Virus record (IMG/VR): IMGVR_UViG_3300037628_000218
Coordinates: 1-64,000 of that record
Length of the DNA stretch: 64,000 nt
Reading direction: 5' to 3' (one strand)
Origin: a virus
The translations under genes were made by a program, and so were the position numbers. This document shows positions 44,017 through 53,731 of the stretch, in pieces. The notes under the pieces were generated by a model. The model worked only from the letters and a program-made list of their open reading frames with translations, was not told where the DNA came from and ran no database searches. Positions within the stretch are counted from its first letter, which is position 1; each line of letters begins with the position of its first letter.

Positions 44017-44895
44017 TTACTTCAGAAACATGGAGGTATTCGTTCCAAGTACATGGGTAGGTAAGGCTCCGTTCCATGCCTTAGCTTTAATATAAGAGGT
44101 AAGCAGTGGTGTTACAGACTTAGCCAACTTACGGTTACCCTCTGCAAGTTGCTCCATATCATAAGCAATGGCTTCTGAGGCTAATGCAGCTGCCTTCTTG
44201 TTATTAACCGCAGCCTTATACCTAGATTCAGAGGTCTTAACAAGCTTTTGTGCATTGGTATCAGCAATCTGCAAGTCAGATTTTGCTTGATTTTCACCTT
44301 CCTGTCGCTTCTTGGTCTCAACCATAAAACCTCGGACTACAGGATCTAAACGAATATCAGAATACTGTACTGTCTTTATTTTATAACCACCACCAATACT
44401 AGCAATGTAATTGTTCACACAAGATAGGGTGAACTCTGCCATCTTAACCTGTGTAGCTTCATCGAAGAATGCTTGTGAGGTTTTTACAGTAAGACCTGCT
44501 TTGGTTTGACAGCTTAGCACCCGCTTACCTACGTGTGTGATTAAGAACTGCTCTGCTGTACCAGAAGACGCTCGGAGTTTATCGGCGTACCCTTTCTCAA
44601 AGTAGCCCGTAAAGGATACATCCATATTAGTTTTGAACTTATCCTGAGATGCAATTTGCAAATCTTCATAGTTCTCAGTTACGAACTGTTGGGAATACTC
44701 ATCAATGCCCCACCAAGGCAGCACTAAGTTGAACCCTTCCAGAACCTTACCTTGATGTACTTCACCAAACGACTCAACAGATGCCTGAGAGTTGGTTGTT
44801 ACAATCGTAAAGCTATTTAAGCTTGTAATAAGTAAGATAGTGATAAGTACACCACCACCGATTAGTTTAATTAGCTGGTTGTTACCTTTAGTCAT
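44017..44895 (-). CDS. SPFH/band-7 membrane protein
   Basis: N-terminal TM, coiled coil, AWNGALPT ending. Confidence 0.85.
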   Translation of the reverse strand: MTKGNNQLIKLIGGGVLITILLITSLNSFTIVTTNSQASVESFGEVHQGKVLEGFNLVLPWWGIDEYSQQFVTENYEDLQIASQDKFKTNMDVSFTGYFEKGYADKLRASSGTAEQFLITHVGKRVLSCQTKAGLTVKTSQAFFDEATQVKMAEFTLSCVNNYIASIGGGYKIKTVQYSDIRLDPVVRGFMVETKKRQEGENQAKSDLQIADTNAQKLVKTSESRYKAAVNNKKAAALASEAIAYDMEQLAEGNRKLAKSVTPLLTSYIKAKAWNGALPTHVLGTNTSMFLK

Positions 44896-44934
44896 AATTT
44901 AATTCCTCGCGTTAGTTAATTTTGTGTAGTTAGT

Positions 44935-45111
44935 TTACTTACTTATCGTTGGTTGGTCAACACTTTTCTCAGGATTAACCATAGGGCAGCTATTAGGGTC
45001 TTTGACCTCAGCTCCTCTATGAATGAATACACTTAAGATATATACTATCACCGCGACTATAAGTAGGTCTATTAGTCCTAGTAGCGTAAGGCCTTTTTGT
45101 TTCTTTCTCAT
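44935..45111 (-). CDS. 58-aa prepilin-like peptide (not in the ORF track)
   Basis: MRKKQKG|LTLLGLIDLLIVAVIVYIL..; GAGGAG RBS and own promoter. Confidence 0.65.
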   Translation of the reverse strand: MRKKQKGLTLLGLIDLLIVAVIVYILSVFIHRGAEVKDPNSCPMVNPEKSVDQPTISK

Positions 45112-45129
45112 CTTATTTCTCCTCTCTAT

Positions 45130-45171
45130 TTAAGTTGTGATCATTATTACAAAAAGGTAGAGCTTTGTCAA
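45130..45171 (-). promoter_or_regulatory. Promoter with CAACTTAA leader
   Basis: TTGACA..TAATAAT..ACAACTTAA. Confidence 0.75.
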
Positions 45172-45175
45172 GGAC

Positions 45176-45210
45176 AAAAAAAAAGACCCACGATCCGAAG
45201 AAAGTGAGTC
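45176..45210 (-). terminator. Terminator ending the structural/lysis operon
   Basis: GACTCAC..GTGGGTC followed by T9. Confidence 0.7.
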
Positions 45211-45245
45211 AAGGCTGGCGCAAAGGCCAACAGGAGGAAACTTGG

Positions 45246-45767
45246 TTATTCTTTAATGTTTGAACTTAGGTTAGTCATAGCCTTAGCCCAGTCTATTAGA
45301 CCACTGTGACGTACCGCATTCTGCTGGCAGACATTATAGTTCTCTGTAACCGCTATAAGAGCCTCTCTATCGGTGATAGTTCTTGTGGGTATACTAGGAG
45401 GTGGGCTGGGGGTGTTGGAAGCGTAGGACACTCCTGTGGCTTTATCATGTGACTGCACCCAACCGTCAGGCATAGAACAAGTACCAGTGTTAGGGTTTTG
45501 AACATAAACTAATACCTCCTCTCTAATTGTTGTTGCTCTAACTGTTTGAGCTAGCTCTTCAGCGGTAGTCTTAGCTGATATAGCTTCAGCTTTCTCTCTA
45601 TTAAGCCTTTCAATTCTGATTATGCTATTGACTATTTCAACTGCTTGTTCAGCCTGTTCAGCTTTATTCTTAGCAATATTTTCTCCAAGTCTCCAACCAT
45701 TTGTCATCCAGCCAGAGGAGAAAACTACAACTAAGATTAAGGCTTTAATGCTCATACCTACACTCAT
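45246..45767 (-). CDS. Rz-like spanin
   Basis: N-terminal TM, NGWRL, coiled coil, late Cys residues; end of the lysis block. Confidence 0.65.
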   Translation of the reverse strand: MSVGMSIKALILVVVFSSGWMTNGWRLGENIAKNKAEQAEQAVEIVNSIIRIERLNREKAEAISAKTTAEELAQTVRATTIREEVLVYVQNPNTGTCSMPDGWVQSHDKATGVSYASNTPSPPPSIPTRTITDREALIAVTENYNVCQQNAVRHSGLIDWAKAMTNLSSNIKE

Positions 45768-45769
45768 AG

Positions 45770-46003
45770 CTACTCCTCCTTCTCATTACGTTTCATAATG
45801 GTATTTACTATCGCAAATAACCCTGCTATTAGAGCTGGAACCGCTGTTGTGATTGGAGCTAGGTGCCAAGTTTGTAAACTAACAAAAGGAGTAGCAATCA
45901 TCCAAGTAGTAAGACTGTATAGTACATAGCACAGAAAGATAGTAACACTAATCTGGACTACTCTCCAGTCTCTTATATGTTGGTGTGCAGGTTTTTTAGT
46001 CAC
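45770..46003 (-). CDS. Holin-like 2-TM protein
   Basis: Two TM segments and a charged C-terminus. Confidence 0.5.
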   Translation of the reverse strand: MTKKPAHQHIRDWRVVQISVTIFLCYVLYSLTTWMIATPFVSLQTWHLAPITTAVPALIAGLFAIVNTIMKRNEKEE

Positions 46004-46024
46004 TACCGCTCCCTAATATTATAT

Positions 46025-46456
46025 TTAAATGTACCTAGATGCTGTGAAACTTACAGTAACTGCCACAATGAGTATGAGGGTGTTTTTAATCAAACCTCGC
46101 TCCTTAAAGGTTACTACCATTGTTTGGAGTAGTACCACCCCTAGTGCTACCCAAGGGTAGAATAATAGAGGGAAGTATCCCCACCAGGCAACAATACAGA
46201 TGTTGTACACTGCGTAGATAAGGAACAAACAAACCGAGGCTTTTCTCTCTTTCCCATCTAAAAGGAGTATACTTATACACATACAGATAATCTGGGTATA
46301 CGAAGTAAATAAAAAGAAGTCTAGTCCAACTATATCATAAAGAACACGAAGCTCTCTAGTAAATAATAAGATAAACGCATAAGCACTCATGAACCATCTG
46401 CTTTCCTTCCTATCAATAAAAGGAGCTATGAATAGCAATGTAAGCACATACACCAT
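46025..46456 (-). CDS. Multi-pass membrane protein
   Basis: Highly hydrophobic. Confidence 0.65.
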   Translation of the reverse strand: MVYVLTLLFIAPFIDRKESRWFMSAYAFILLFTRELRVLYDIVGLDFFLFTSYTQIICMCISILLLDGKERKASVCLFLIYAVYNICIVAWWGYFPLLFYPWVALGVVLLQTMVVTFKERGLIKNTLILIVAVTVSFTASRYI

Positions 46457-46464
46457 TTAGAAAC

Positions 46465-46800
46465 CTACGAGTGTGAGTTTATTTCCTTAACAGCTTTTTG
46501 GTATCCCTCTTGCTCCGCCATTTTGATTTGCATAGCTTTAGTAATCTCCATATTATCTGAAACCATATGCTTAATCTCAGACATAGTTTCTATCATTGGG
46601 TTTATTGCTGCCGAAGTAACCTCAGTAACAATCTCCCTTACCTTATCTTCAGTAACGGCTGTAGACTTAAGTTTAACAATCTCTTCAGTGTGTGCTTCTA
46701 ACAGCCTCTTATCCTCTTTCTTACCCCACCATAAGAATGACATAACCCCTGCAATTATCACTTTGAAAAACCAACCTATTAAATCATCAAGTGGTAGCAT
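46465..46800 (-). CDS. Membrane-anchored coiled-coil protein (holin/antiholin candidate)
   Basis: One TM plus coiled coil in the lysis block. Confidence 0.55.
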   Translation of the reverse strand: MLPLDDLIGWFFKVIIAGVMSFLWWGKKEDKRLLEAHTEEIVKLKSTAVTEDKVREIVTEVTSAAINPMIETMSEIKHMVSDNMEITKAMQIKMAEQEGYQKAVKEINSHS

Positions 46801-46829
46801 AGTACCCTGTTTCCTCTATTATTAAAATA

Positions 46830-47156
46830 CTAAGTATAGTTAAACACACTCCAACCGAAGAGGATAACTAGAAAATAAAATGCGATAGCCTCAACCAATG
46901 CAAAAGGTTTGAAGTACCAAGGTAGCCTCTGTATATCCTTTAGCATTGCCAGCAGGAACCTAGCGTCACAATACCAACGCCAAAGCTCATCACCACCCTC
47001 TGAATACCCTTCATCATGTTTGTTGCAGGAAGCCTCGAAGAACCAATCAAATAACACTGGCTTCATCTTTCGAGGCATCCAAGAAGGGCCACAACCGTTA
47101 GACATCTGAGTTGTAGTCAGCCCAAATTGACATAGCTGCCAATTGGCTCGATGCAA
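46830..47156 (-). CDS. Phospholipase A2-like protein
   Basis: NGCGP..ASCNKHDEGY..CDARF; probable start at MSNGCG. Confidence 0.6.
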   Translation of the reverse strand: MHRANWQLCQFGLTTTQMSNGCGPSWMPRKMKPVLFDWFFEASCNKHDEGYSEGGDELWRWYCDARFLLAMLKDIQRLPWYFKPFALVEAIAFYFLVILFGWSVFNYT

Positions 47157-47406
47157 GTGCTATTTTAAGTTCATCTGTAGTAACCGCAGATATACTATTA
47201 TCCTCCATACGCCAATTTACGGATACCAGACTAGTAGATTCCATGACTTCTATAGCGTTACGAATATTGCTTTCATCTTCAGAGCGGGTTTGTATAATGC
47301 GACCGTCTCCAAAATCGTGAACAAGTGCAGCAAGCTCGTTATCGCGTTGCTGCTTAATTTTAGGTGCATCAATACCTTTTTTCTTGTCGGGGTCTAAAGT
47401 AATCAT
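47098..47406 (-). CDS. Tail fibre-associated protein (DUF4376-like)
   Basis: KQQRD..IQTR..W...DNS..VT.DEL; position. Confidence 0.6.
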   Translation of the reverse strand: MITLDPDKKKGIDAPKIKQQRDNELAALVHDFGDGRIIQTRSEDESNIRNAIEVMESTSLVSVNWRMEDNSISAVTTDELKIALASSQLAAMSIWADYNSDV

Positions 47407-47660
47407 ACAAAGTCCTCCATAACGTGTGACGCAGAACCTACACCATCAGTGAGGTCTCCGCTGTTAACGTCCCACGCATTTCGATACCCATCACGGATAG
47501 GTAAATCTAACTCATCTATAATTTTGTAAGGTCTCCCATGAGGTACATCCTTCTGTGCTATTTTATCAATGTCTCCCCCTACTTGGTCTAACCCCCACTG
47601 AGTCGGAACTACTTGTTGAACATCACCACTATCATCTTTATAAATAATTCGATTAGCCAT
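47403..47660 (-). CDS. Tail fibre assembly-like protein
   Basis: IAQKDVP.G.PYKI..LP..YRNAW. Confidence 0.6.
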   Translation of the reverse strand: MANRIIYKDDSGDVQQVVPTQWGLDQVGGDIDKIAQKDVPHGRPYKIIDELDLPIRDGYRNAWDVNSGDLTDGVGSASHVMEDFV

Positions 47661-47664
47661 CTTT

Positions 47665-48618
47665 TTAATCCCCTACTACGCCAATGCAGACTGTATCATG
47701 GTCAGCAACACCAGCTGCCCATGTGTTTGCACTACAAATAATTCTAACACTGTTTGTAGTATTTGATACTGTGCCGTTCAGTGCTACCAACCCTTGTTGA
47801 CTAAAAACAGATACAGCCGCTTGCCTAGATGATCCAAGTAGGACAGTACTATTTGTAGGTACAGCACTCCCGAAGTTTGCTGAGTACTCTCCTGTCCCAT
47901 GATCGGTAACAGACGACACATTGTGGGCACTACGAACTGATACAGTCCCTGTGCCTACAAAATTTACACGAGCGTCAAATATCTGACCGCTTGATAGGTT
48001 TCCATTATGCCAAAATTCCCTCCACGGTTGCCATGCCCCATCATCATAGTGTCTAATCTGAGTTTGTAAGGTAGTTGGTGCGGGTGTTTGCCTAGTTGTG
48101 ATTTGAGTACACCCATTTTGCGCGTCTGGGCCAGCAATGACCAGCACATTTCCGAAAGACGTGGGTGCTCCTGTGGCTCCCGTAGTAAAACTGAAGAATC
48201 CAGATTCAAATTGAGCGTCTAAATCAGTAATAGAGGTGCCAGGGGTAACCCCTAACCCATACTGTTGGAAGGCTTCGTGGGCGCGTAAGGGTGTCATACC
48301 TTTAGTATTATCTGTCCCTGTTTCTGCTTCATTTTGGGTGGCAATTGTAAAAGCTAATTGGGGTTCCCATTGAGACGGGGAGACTTCAGGGTCTTGGTTT
48401 AGGTTATCTTGTAAGCAGAGGTATAGCACACCGTTGAAGGTTGTGTACCCATCTTTCAGAAAATTAAAAGTTGCAACCCAAGGTATGATACCCCCATGCC
48501 CCTGTTTAGATAATTCCCCTGTTAAATTTTTATCAGTAGCTCCCTGCCTTGTGATTAGTAAATCAGTATCTTGTAATCCAACACTAGCTGGTAGTTCTGG
48601 TATTTGTCTTGTAGCCAT
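47665..48618 (-). CDS. Tail fibre protein
   Basis: IATQNEAETGTDNTKGMTPLR fibre motif, knob-like WQPWREFWH, C-terminal NVSSVTDHGTGEY. Confidence 0.8.
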   Translation of the reverse strand: MATRQIPELPASVGLQDTDLLITRQGATDKNLTGELSKQGHGGIIPWVATFNFLKDGYTTFNGVLYLCLQDNLNQDPEVSPSQWEPQLAFTIATQNEAETGTDNTKGMTPLRAHEAFQQYGLGVTPGTSITDLDAQFESGFFSFTTGATGAPTSFGNVLVIAGPDAQNGCTQITTRQTPAPTTLQTQIRHYDDGAWQPWREFWHNGNLSSGQIFDARVNFVGTGTVSVRSAHNVSSVTDHGTGEYSANFGSAVPTNSTVLLGSSRQAAVSVFSQQGLVALNGTVSNTTNSVRIICSANTWAAGVADHDTVCIGVVGD

Positions 48619-48632
48619 ATAATATTCTCCTG

Positions 48633-48992
48633 TTAAGCTATTTTCTTAAATAAGCGTATGGTTTCACCAGCTATCGTGTCGGTTCCAAGGTCAGACCAAG
48701 TACCTTTGAATCTAACCTCAACTGTGGTTTGAGTTTCAGCGGTGCCAAGCACTTTGTAATCCCCTACAACCCCTTGATCAAAATAGGTAACCCAGTCATT
48801 GATTAGGTCAAATTGGTAGTTTATATATTGTCTTGGTAAGTTTTCTTGGAACTCTTCACCAGAAGCTTTCCACTCTTCAGTAGGTTCTACTTTATTATCC
48901 ACTACTGTTAGTACCTCGTCACCTTCAAGGTCTACCGTCTGTTGTTCATCATTAGAAGCCCACTCAGGGTAGAGCGTTGGTTGAGTTGCCAT
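48633..48992 (-). CDS. Baseplate/fibre attachment protein
   Basis: PEWA..EP..G..PRQYINY pattern; position. Confidence 0.6.
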   Translation of the reverse strand: MATQPTLYPEWASNDEQQTVDLEGDEVLTVVDNKVEPTEEWKASGEEFQENLPRQYINYQFDLINDWVTYFDQGVVGDYKVLGTAETQTTVEVRFKGTWSDLGTDTIAGETIRLFKKIA

Positions 48993-49775
48993 TTACATTT
49001 CCTCCACTATTTGGTAACCTAAAATGTCCCCGTTTTCAAGGGCAAGGTTATCGTCATTCTCTAACAGTAAATCTCCAACCTCTGCATTAAAGCTTCTATC
49101 ATCTATAACTTCGCAAAGGGGGTTTATTGTTTGTATGTTTAACAGATCAGGCAAAAAAGAGTTGGTACTAAGCGGTACTACTTTGTTACTAGTAACTCCT
49201 AACACCGCAATTTCTACGCCATCATCTACTTCTAACTCGTCCAGATTCTCTAATACTAAGTCGAATGCCGCGCTAACAATGTCAGCACCTCTGAATGAGT
49301 TACCCAATCTATCAAACATTAACCTCGTGCTAACCCCAGCTGGGCTAGCATCGCCTAACGTGGCTGCTGTTTCATTTGAGACGTTCCTGTCTACAAAAGC
49401 GTGTATATTTGCAGGGTAATGCTCCCATAGGTGCGGTAGTGGGGTTAGTGTAATAGCTGATAAAATTTCTAGAATCACTTCGGGCGTTCCATCAGATTTG
49501 TTAAGCGCGATTCTGTTTAGTATTGCTTGTCTGTACTCTTCATCTTCACGCCCTCTTCTTAACTCACCCACCAGTAAGCCTAAAATGTCAAGCTGTTCTC
49601 CGATGGCTGAGTGTATACCTCTCTCATCTAACAGTTGGAAGCTGGCATCCTCTAAGGGTTGAATATTCTCTAAGTAGGACTTAAGTAACCCTTGAACTAC
49701 TGGCTTATCTTTCCATTGGTTGATGAGGCGGTTTAAACCTTCACCTACAACGTCTTTCGTGGTCGGGAGTGCCAT
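48993..49775 (-). CDS. Baseplate wedge protein (DUF2612-like)
   Basis: AIGEQLDILG..DEEYR..PAGV. Confidence 0.8.
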   Translation of the reverse strand: MALPTTKDVVGEGLNRLINQWKDKPVVQGLLKSYLENIQPLEDASFQLLDERGIHSAIGEQLDILGLLVGELRRGREDEEYRQAILNRIALNKSDGTPEVILEILSAITLTPLPHLWEHYPANIHAFVDRNVSNETAATLGDASPAGVSTRLMFDRLGNSFRGADIVSAAFDLVLENLDELEVDDGVEIAVLGVTSNKVVPLSTNSFLPDLLNIQTINPLCEVIDDRSFNAEVGDLLLENDDNLALENGDILGYQIVEEM

Positions 49776-51227
49776 TTACACCTCCGTTACAGTAATATCA
49801 GTACCTGTGGTACTAGCAAATTCTTTAAAGCTAATTGGAAGCTTAGTTGTCTGCCAGCTAGCAGGTACAATTGGGTCTCCAGGGCTAGCAAGAACTTGGA
49901 CTTTAACAACAAGGCTGTTAATGCCTTCTGTCCCCGCATAAATAGGGCCAAAGTACCTAGATGGTATTACATCTTCATCAAGCCCTAAACCATCTGTATG
50001 GCTTTGTACCGTAGATGCTATACTTGCCTCACCGCCAGCGGGAAAGCTCTCCTCATCGTACTTAGTGTACTCTACCAAGATTGCTAAATGGACTGGAAGA
50101 GGTCTTGTGTAATTGATCGTTTGCTGGTTACCACTAGAGTCTTCTATATTTGTAGAGGTAGTGCCGAACGTTTCAATACCAGCAGGTTTGGAAATCCAAA
50201 TTGCTAGTGCTACCTCTGCATCCGTTCCACCTTGAACAGTAACTTCAAAACTTTTTGGAGGTCTACCGTCAAGGTCTGTAACGCTTTGGTCATTCTCCAT
50301 CACGTTTGCCGTGGTTACCCCAGCAACGTTACTAACATCGTCTTGTATAGCCTCTACAGTACCTTTTCCGCTAGACTGTTGGCTAACTAAGATTCTTGCT
50401 CTATACTCCTCGTCAGTCTCTCTCAGCCTACCGATGATATACGCACTTGGGTTAGTGGTGGATGCAAGGCCAGCGATGCTAGTAACTATGGTGTTTACAG
50501 AGTTAGAGGGAGCACTTACCTCACCTTCAAACTCTGCTTCCGCTAGGCCAGATACTGTAACTTCATCAGCTAGCAAGAATGTGATAGTTACAATACTTAT
50601 ATCATCACCAGCCGTTGTGATAGCTAGCTGCTCTTCCCCCGTATCTACTTCGGATGACCAAGTTGCAGCGGTATCAGCATCAATAGCCGCTTTGAGTCCA
50701 TTTAAAATTTCTAGGGCTGTTGCGCTGACTCCTGTTGTATATGTATACTCTGTAGTATTAACTGAGAGAGTGTATAACTCAGTATCTAAAACGGAAGCAA
50801 CAGAGTATTTAGCAGAGATACAGGAACCCACGCTAATGCTAATATTGTTAGCTACGATGAATCTGTCTAAAGTGATTGGGTTCTGTACGATAGTCCCAGC
50901 AAGAACAGTTACTCCGTTGTTACCAGAAAACTGCTGGTCTGGGGTTGAAGATTTAGTTCCCGCTTGTCTGACTGTGCTTGTTAGCACACCTAGGTCATCT
51001 AGGTTCTTACCTTCTGCTTTTAAAAGGTTGAAGTTATCGTTCACAGCTTGAATTAACGCCCATACATCTGCGATTGGGGTTGCTACAATGTTATTAAGCT
51101 GCCCTAATAACTCATCGTCTCTTGTTGAAATATCTGGATCAATGTTCTCTTGTTCTGATACAACTATATCTGCAAGAACTTCTGGGAGCCGCTTGATCGT
51201 AAGCCCATTTTCGTCTAAACCTGCCAA
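49776..51227 (-). CDS. Baseplate J/gp47-like protein
   Basis: AEGKNLDDL, GR..ETDEEYRAR, KPAGI. Confidence 0.9.
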   Translation of the reverse strand: MAGLDENGLTIKRLPEVLADIVVSEQENIDPDISTRDDELLGQLNNIVATPIADVWALIQAVNDNFNLLKAEGKNLDDLGVLTSTVRQAGTKSSTPDQQFSGNNGVTVLAGTIVQNPITLDRFIVANNISISVGSCISAKYSVASVLDTELYTLSVNTTEYTYTTGVSATALEILNGLKAAIDADTAATWSSEVDTGEEQLAITTAGDDISIVTITFLLADEVTVSGLAEAEFEGEVSAPSNSVNTIVTSIAGLASTTNPSAYIIGRLRETDEEYRARILVSQQSSGKGTVEAIQDDVSNVAGVTTANVMENDQSVTDLDGRPPKSFEVTVQGGTDAEVALAIWISKPAGIETFGTTSTNIEDSSGNQQTINYTRPLPVHLAILVEYTKYDEESFPAGGEASIASTVQSHTDGLGLDEDVIPSRYFGPIYAGTEGINSLVVKVQVLASPGDPIVPASWQTTKLPISFKEFASTTGTDITVTEV

Positions 51228-51238
51228 GGGTGTTCCTC

Positions 51239-51628
51239 CTAGATTCCTATTGGGAGATTCACAACTACAATCTCCTCACCTGTGCTTGTAATAGCAGTGA
51301 AACTTACTGTTAGTATTCTTTCTGCTCTATCAAAAGAAGATTCGTATACACTAATCTCAGTTATATTTTCTCTTGCTAGGATGTTACCTTTGATAGCTAT
51401 ATCGAAGTTAATCGTCTCTGACTGGCCCAGAAGCTGTACAGGGTTATTGTCATTAGCTAAATATGGAATACCTGCTAAGATATTAGCGAACCACTCCCCT
51501 AAGAAGGTAGAGAGGTCAATTTGAACTTGTTGCCTAGAACTTTCAGGGATAGAGCTTGTTAGCCTCATAGACTTGTTAGTAAGGTCTATATCACCTGTTA
51601 CTAGGTTTAAAAATATATCCTTTGCCAC
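51239..51628 (-). CDS. Baseplate wedge / sheath initiator
   Basis: FLGEWF..GIPY. Confidence 0.75.
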   Translation of the reverse strand: MAKDIFLNLVTGDIDLTNKSMRLTSSIPESSRQQVQIDLSTFLGEWFANILAGIPYLANDNNPVQLLGQSETINFDIAIKGNILARENITEISVYESSFDRAERILTVSFTAITSTGEEIVVVNLPIGI

Positions 51629-52293
51629 TACAGGGGTACTCCCGTATTTGAAACTGGGCCTGATGGCGCAGAAGGAGACCCAGCGTGAGGGTGGTTATTC
51701 AAAGAGATACCAGAGGCTGTTATAAAGTCCCCGTCATCTGTGATTTGTGCACCACTATGGTGCAGCACCTGCCCTGAAGGTTTTAACGTCAAGCTTTTAC
51801 CGTTAGCCTGGCTAAGTACCATATCCCCTGATGCGGCTAGTCTTATTGATTGCTCTTTAAACTTAAGCTCCACATCTGTTGTATTGGGTTTTAGATGTGA
51901 CTTTTTAGTATACAAACCTGGTATCGCTACCGCATCATTCAGGTAGTGAGTCCTGAGGTCTACAGGGGTAACGGAAAAACCTTCACCCTCTAGCCATTCA
52001 TCCATACTCCTCATAGAGAACACTAGCAGAACCGTATCTCCGACACTAATAGGGAAGGTTAACGCTCCTCCTCCCGCAGAAGGAAAGACCACAGGTACAG
52101 CTAGTATATTCGGAAGAGCTAGGATAACCCCGTCATCATAAGTTTTATTTATTAAGGGCTTCACATCTACAGTCTGTTCTGCTTCAAAAGTGCTGACGCT
52201 AACTACACCAGCAGGGATAGATGTATAGATGCTACTATTAAGATTATGATTGAATAGTCTAACAAATATATCTTCAAAGGTGGTTGCTGCCAT
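51628..52293 (-). CDS. Baseplate central spike (Gp138-like)
   Basis: VPVVFP..FPI..GD..LVFS.R..DAVAIPG; HxH tip. Confidence 0.85.
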   Translation of the reverse strand: MAATTFEDIFVRLFNHNLNSSIYTSIPAGVVSVSTFEAEQTVDVKPLINKTYDDGVILALPNILAVPVVFPSAGGGALTFPISVGDTVLLVFSMRSMDEWLEGEGFSVTPVDLRTHYLNDAVAIPGLYTKKSHLKPNTTDVELKFKEQSIRLAASGDMVLSQANGKSLTLKPSGQVLHHSGAQITDDGDFITASGISLNNHPHAGSPSAPSGPVSNTGVPL

Positions 52294-53393
52294 TATGATA
52301 CTCGCTTACATGATATTTCTGTTACCCAGTTCCCAACTTCTAAACTGAGCATATGCTTCATAGAAACTACAGAGTAACCACCAGATAAGTCAGATTCCTC
52401 TATGTCTGAGACTACTATTAGTGCTGTTGTTGTTATTCTACCATTAAGAGGTACTGTTAAAGTTATCCCTCGCTGCTTCAGGGAGTCTCCTTTCAGGTGC
52501 ATGGTAGTATCATCCTCCTCCCTTATAGAACCTATAATAGATTCTCCAGTTATCTCTACAGTAGTCTGCTTGGTACGGAACTCTATAGGCTCTACATATA
52601 AAGATCCGTGTAGTAGGTAAGAGCGGAAATCAATGTTATCACAGGTCTTTGCTAGCTGTTCAAATAACATACCGTGTACAACATAACCAGAATCAAAAGT
52701 TGCATCTATCCTAAGATTAGCTACGCCCTTCGCTGGGTTGTACTTTGCAGTAGAGACTAAACTAGCAGAGGTTTGGAGTAAGCTTATCTCTTCTTCGATA
52801 GAGGGTACAAAAAACTCCCCTGTAGGTACTCCATAGTTTGCTGCTTGGTCTAACAAGTCTTGAATTACCGCCCTCTTTGTAGTTCCCCTTGGGTAGGTCT
52901 TAGAGATCCGTAGGTTCTTCCTAAGGGTAAAAGAGTCCCCACAAGTAATGGTAGTAACAATGTTAGCACCTTCCCTGCGGGTTTTAGTAGTTATTACTTG
53001 AGCTGCAAAGATAAGAGGAAGTTCTTTATCTTGTTCATACCCAGCCCGTAAGATAACTGAGTCATCTGTTTTTATCTTCTTCTGAGACTCTTTACTGAGG
53101 TTGAATATTCTTAATTTAATAGTAGCACCAGAGACGCTAGATTTAGCATTAGTTCCTAACTCTACTGTAGTTTCTATGTGAAGCTCTGTTATCTCTATCA
53201 CATTTTCTTCTGGAGGAACAGATACATAATCTCTGTACCCTTCTTGTTCACTGTTATTCTTAAGCACTCCCCCCGTTACTACATTTTCCAATGGGGAGAA
53301 GTCAAGGACGTTAGCTAGCACATCTTCAGGAGCTAACTTAGTTATACTCCCTATACGGAGAGAATACTTTCTTCCAAAAACTTCAGTAGCCAT
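52293..53393 (-). CDS. Baseplate hub protein
   Basis: IFNLS..LRAGY pattern; position. Confidence 0.75.
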   Translation of the reverse strand: MATEVFGRKYSLRIGSITKLAPEDVLANVLDFSPLENVVTGGVLKNNSEQEGYRDYVSVPPEENVIEITELHIETTVELGTNAKSSVSGATIKLRIFNLSKESQKKIKTDDSVILRAGYEQDKELPLIFAAQVITTKTRREGANIVTTITCGDSFTLRKNLRISKTYPRGTTKRAVIQDLLDQAANYGVPTGEFFVPSIEEEISLLQTSASLVSTAKYNPAKGVANLRIDATFDSGYVVHGMLFEQLAKTCDNIDFRSYLLHGSLYVEPIEFRTKQTTVEITGESIIGSIREEDDTTMHLKGDSLKQRGITLTVPLNGRITTTALIVVSDIEESDLSGGYSVVSMKHMLSLEVGNWVTEISCKRVS

Positions 53394-53731
53394 TATCCCT
53401 CCAAAAGAGCTAGTTCATCATTTGTGTAATACTGTAATACATAAGGTTTACCTAGTCCTAGGTTATCTCTTCCGACTGGATTACCGTCATCCTCAAACCT
53501 CACGCAAACTATATCTCCGTGATCAAAGTCTGGCAGAATGTACCTACCAAGGAGGAATTGATTCTCCATAACCTTGACCCCAGAAATAACGGCAGCCCCC
53601 GCTAAAGAAATATCAAGTCTCCACCTACTGTCCCTTTCATTGTATGAGTAGGTGAACGTGTACTTCTTCCCACCTAGAGTTAGCGACTGGTCTGCCCAGG
53701 GTGCTGTAGGTGTATCAATTGTTAATGCCAT
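53393..53731 (-). CDS. Baseplate plug-like protein
   Basis: YNERDSRWRLDI; position. Confidence 0.7.
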   Translation of the reverse strand: MALTIDTPTAPWADQSLTLGGKKYTFTYSYNERDSRWRLDISLAGAAVISGVKVMENQFLLGRYILPDFDHGDIVCVRFEDDGNPVGRDNLGLGKPYVLQYYTNDELALLEG

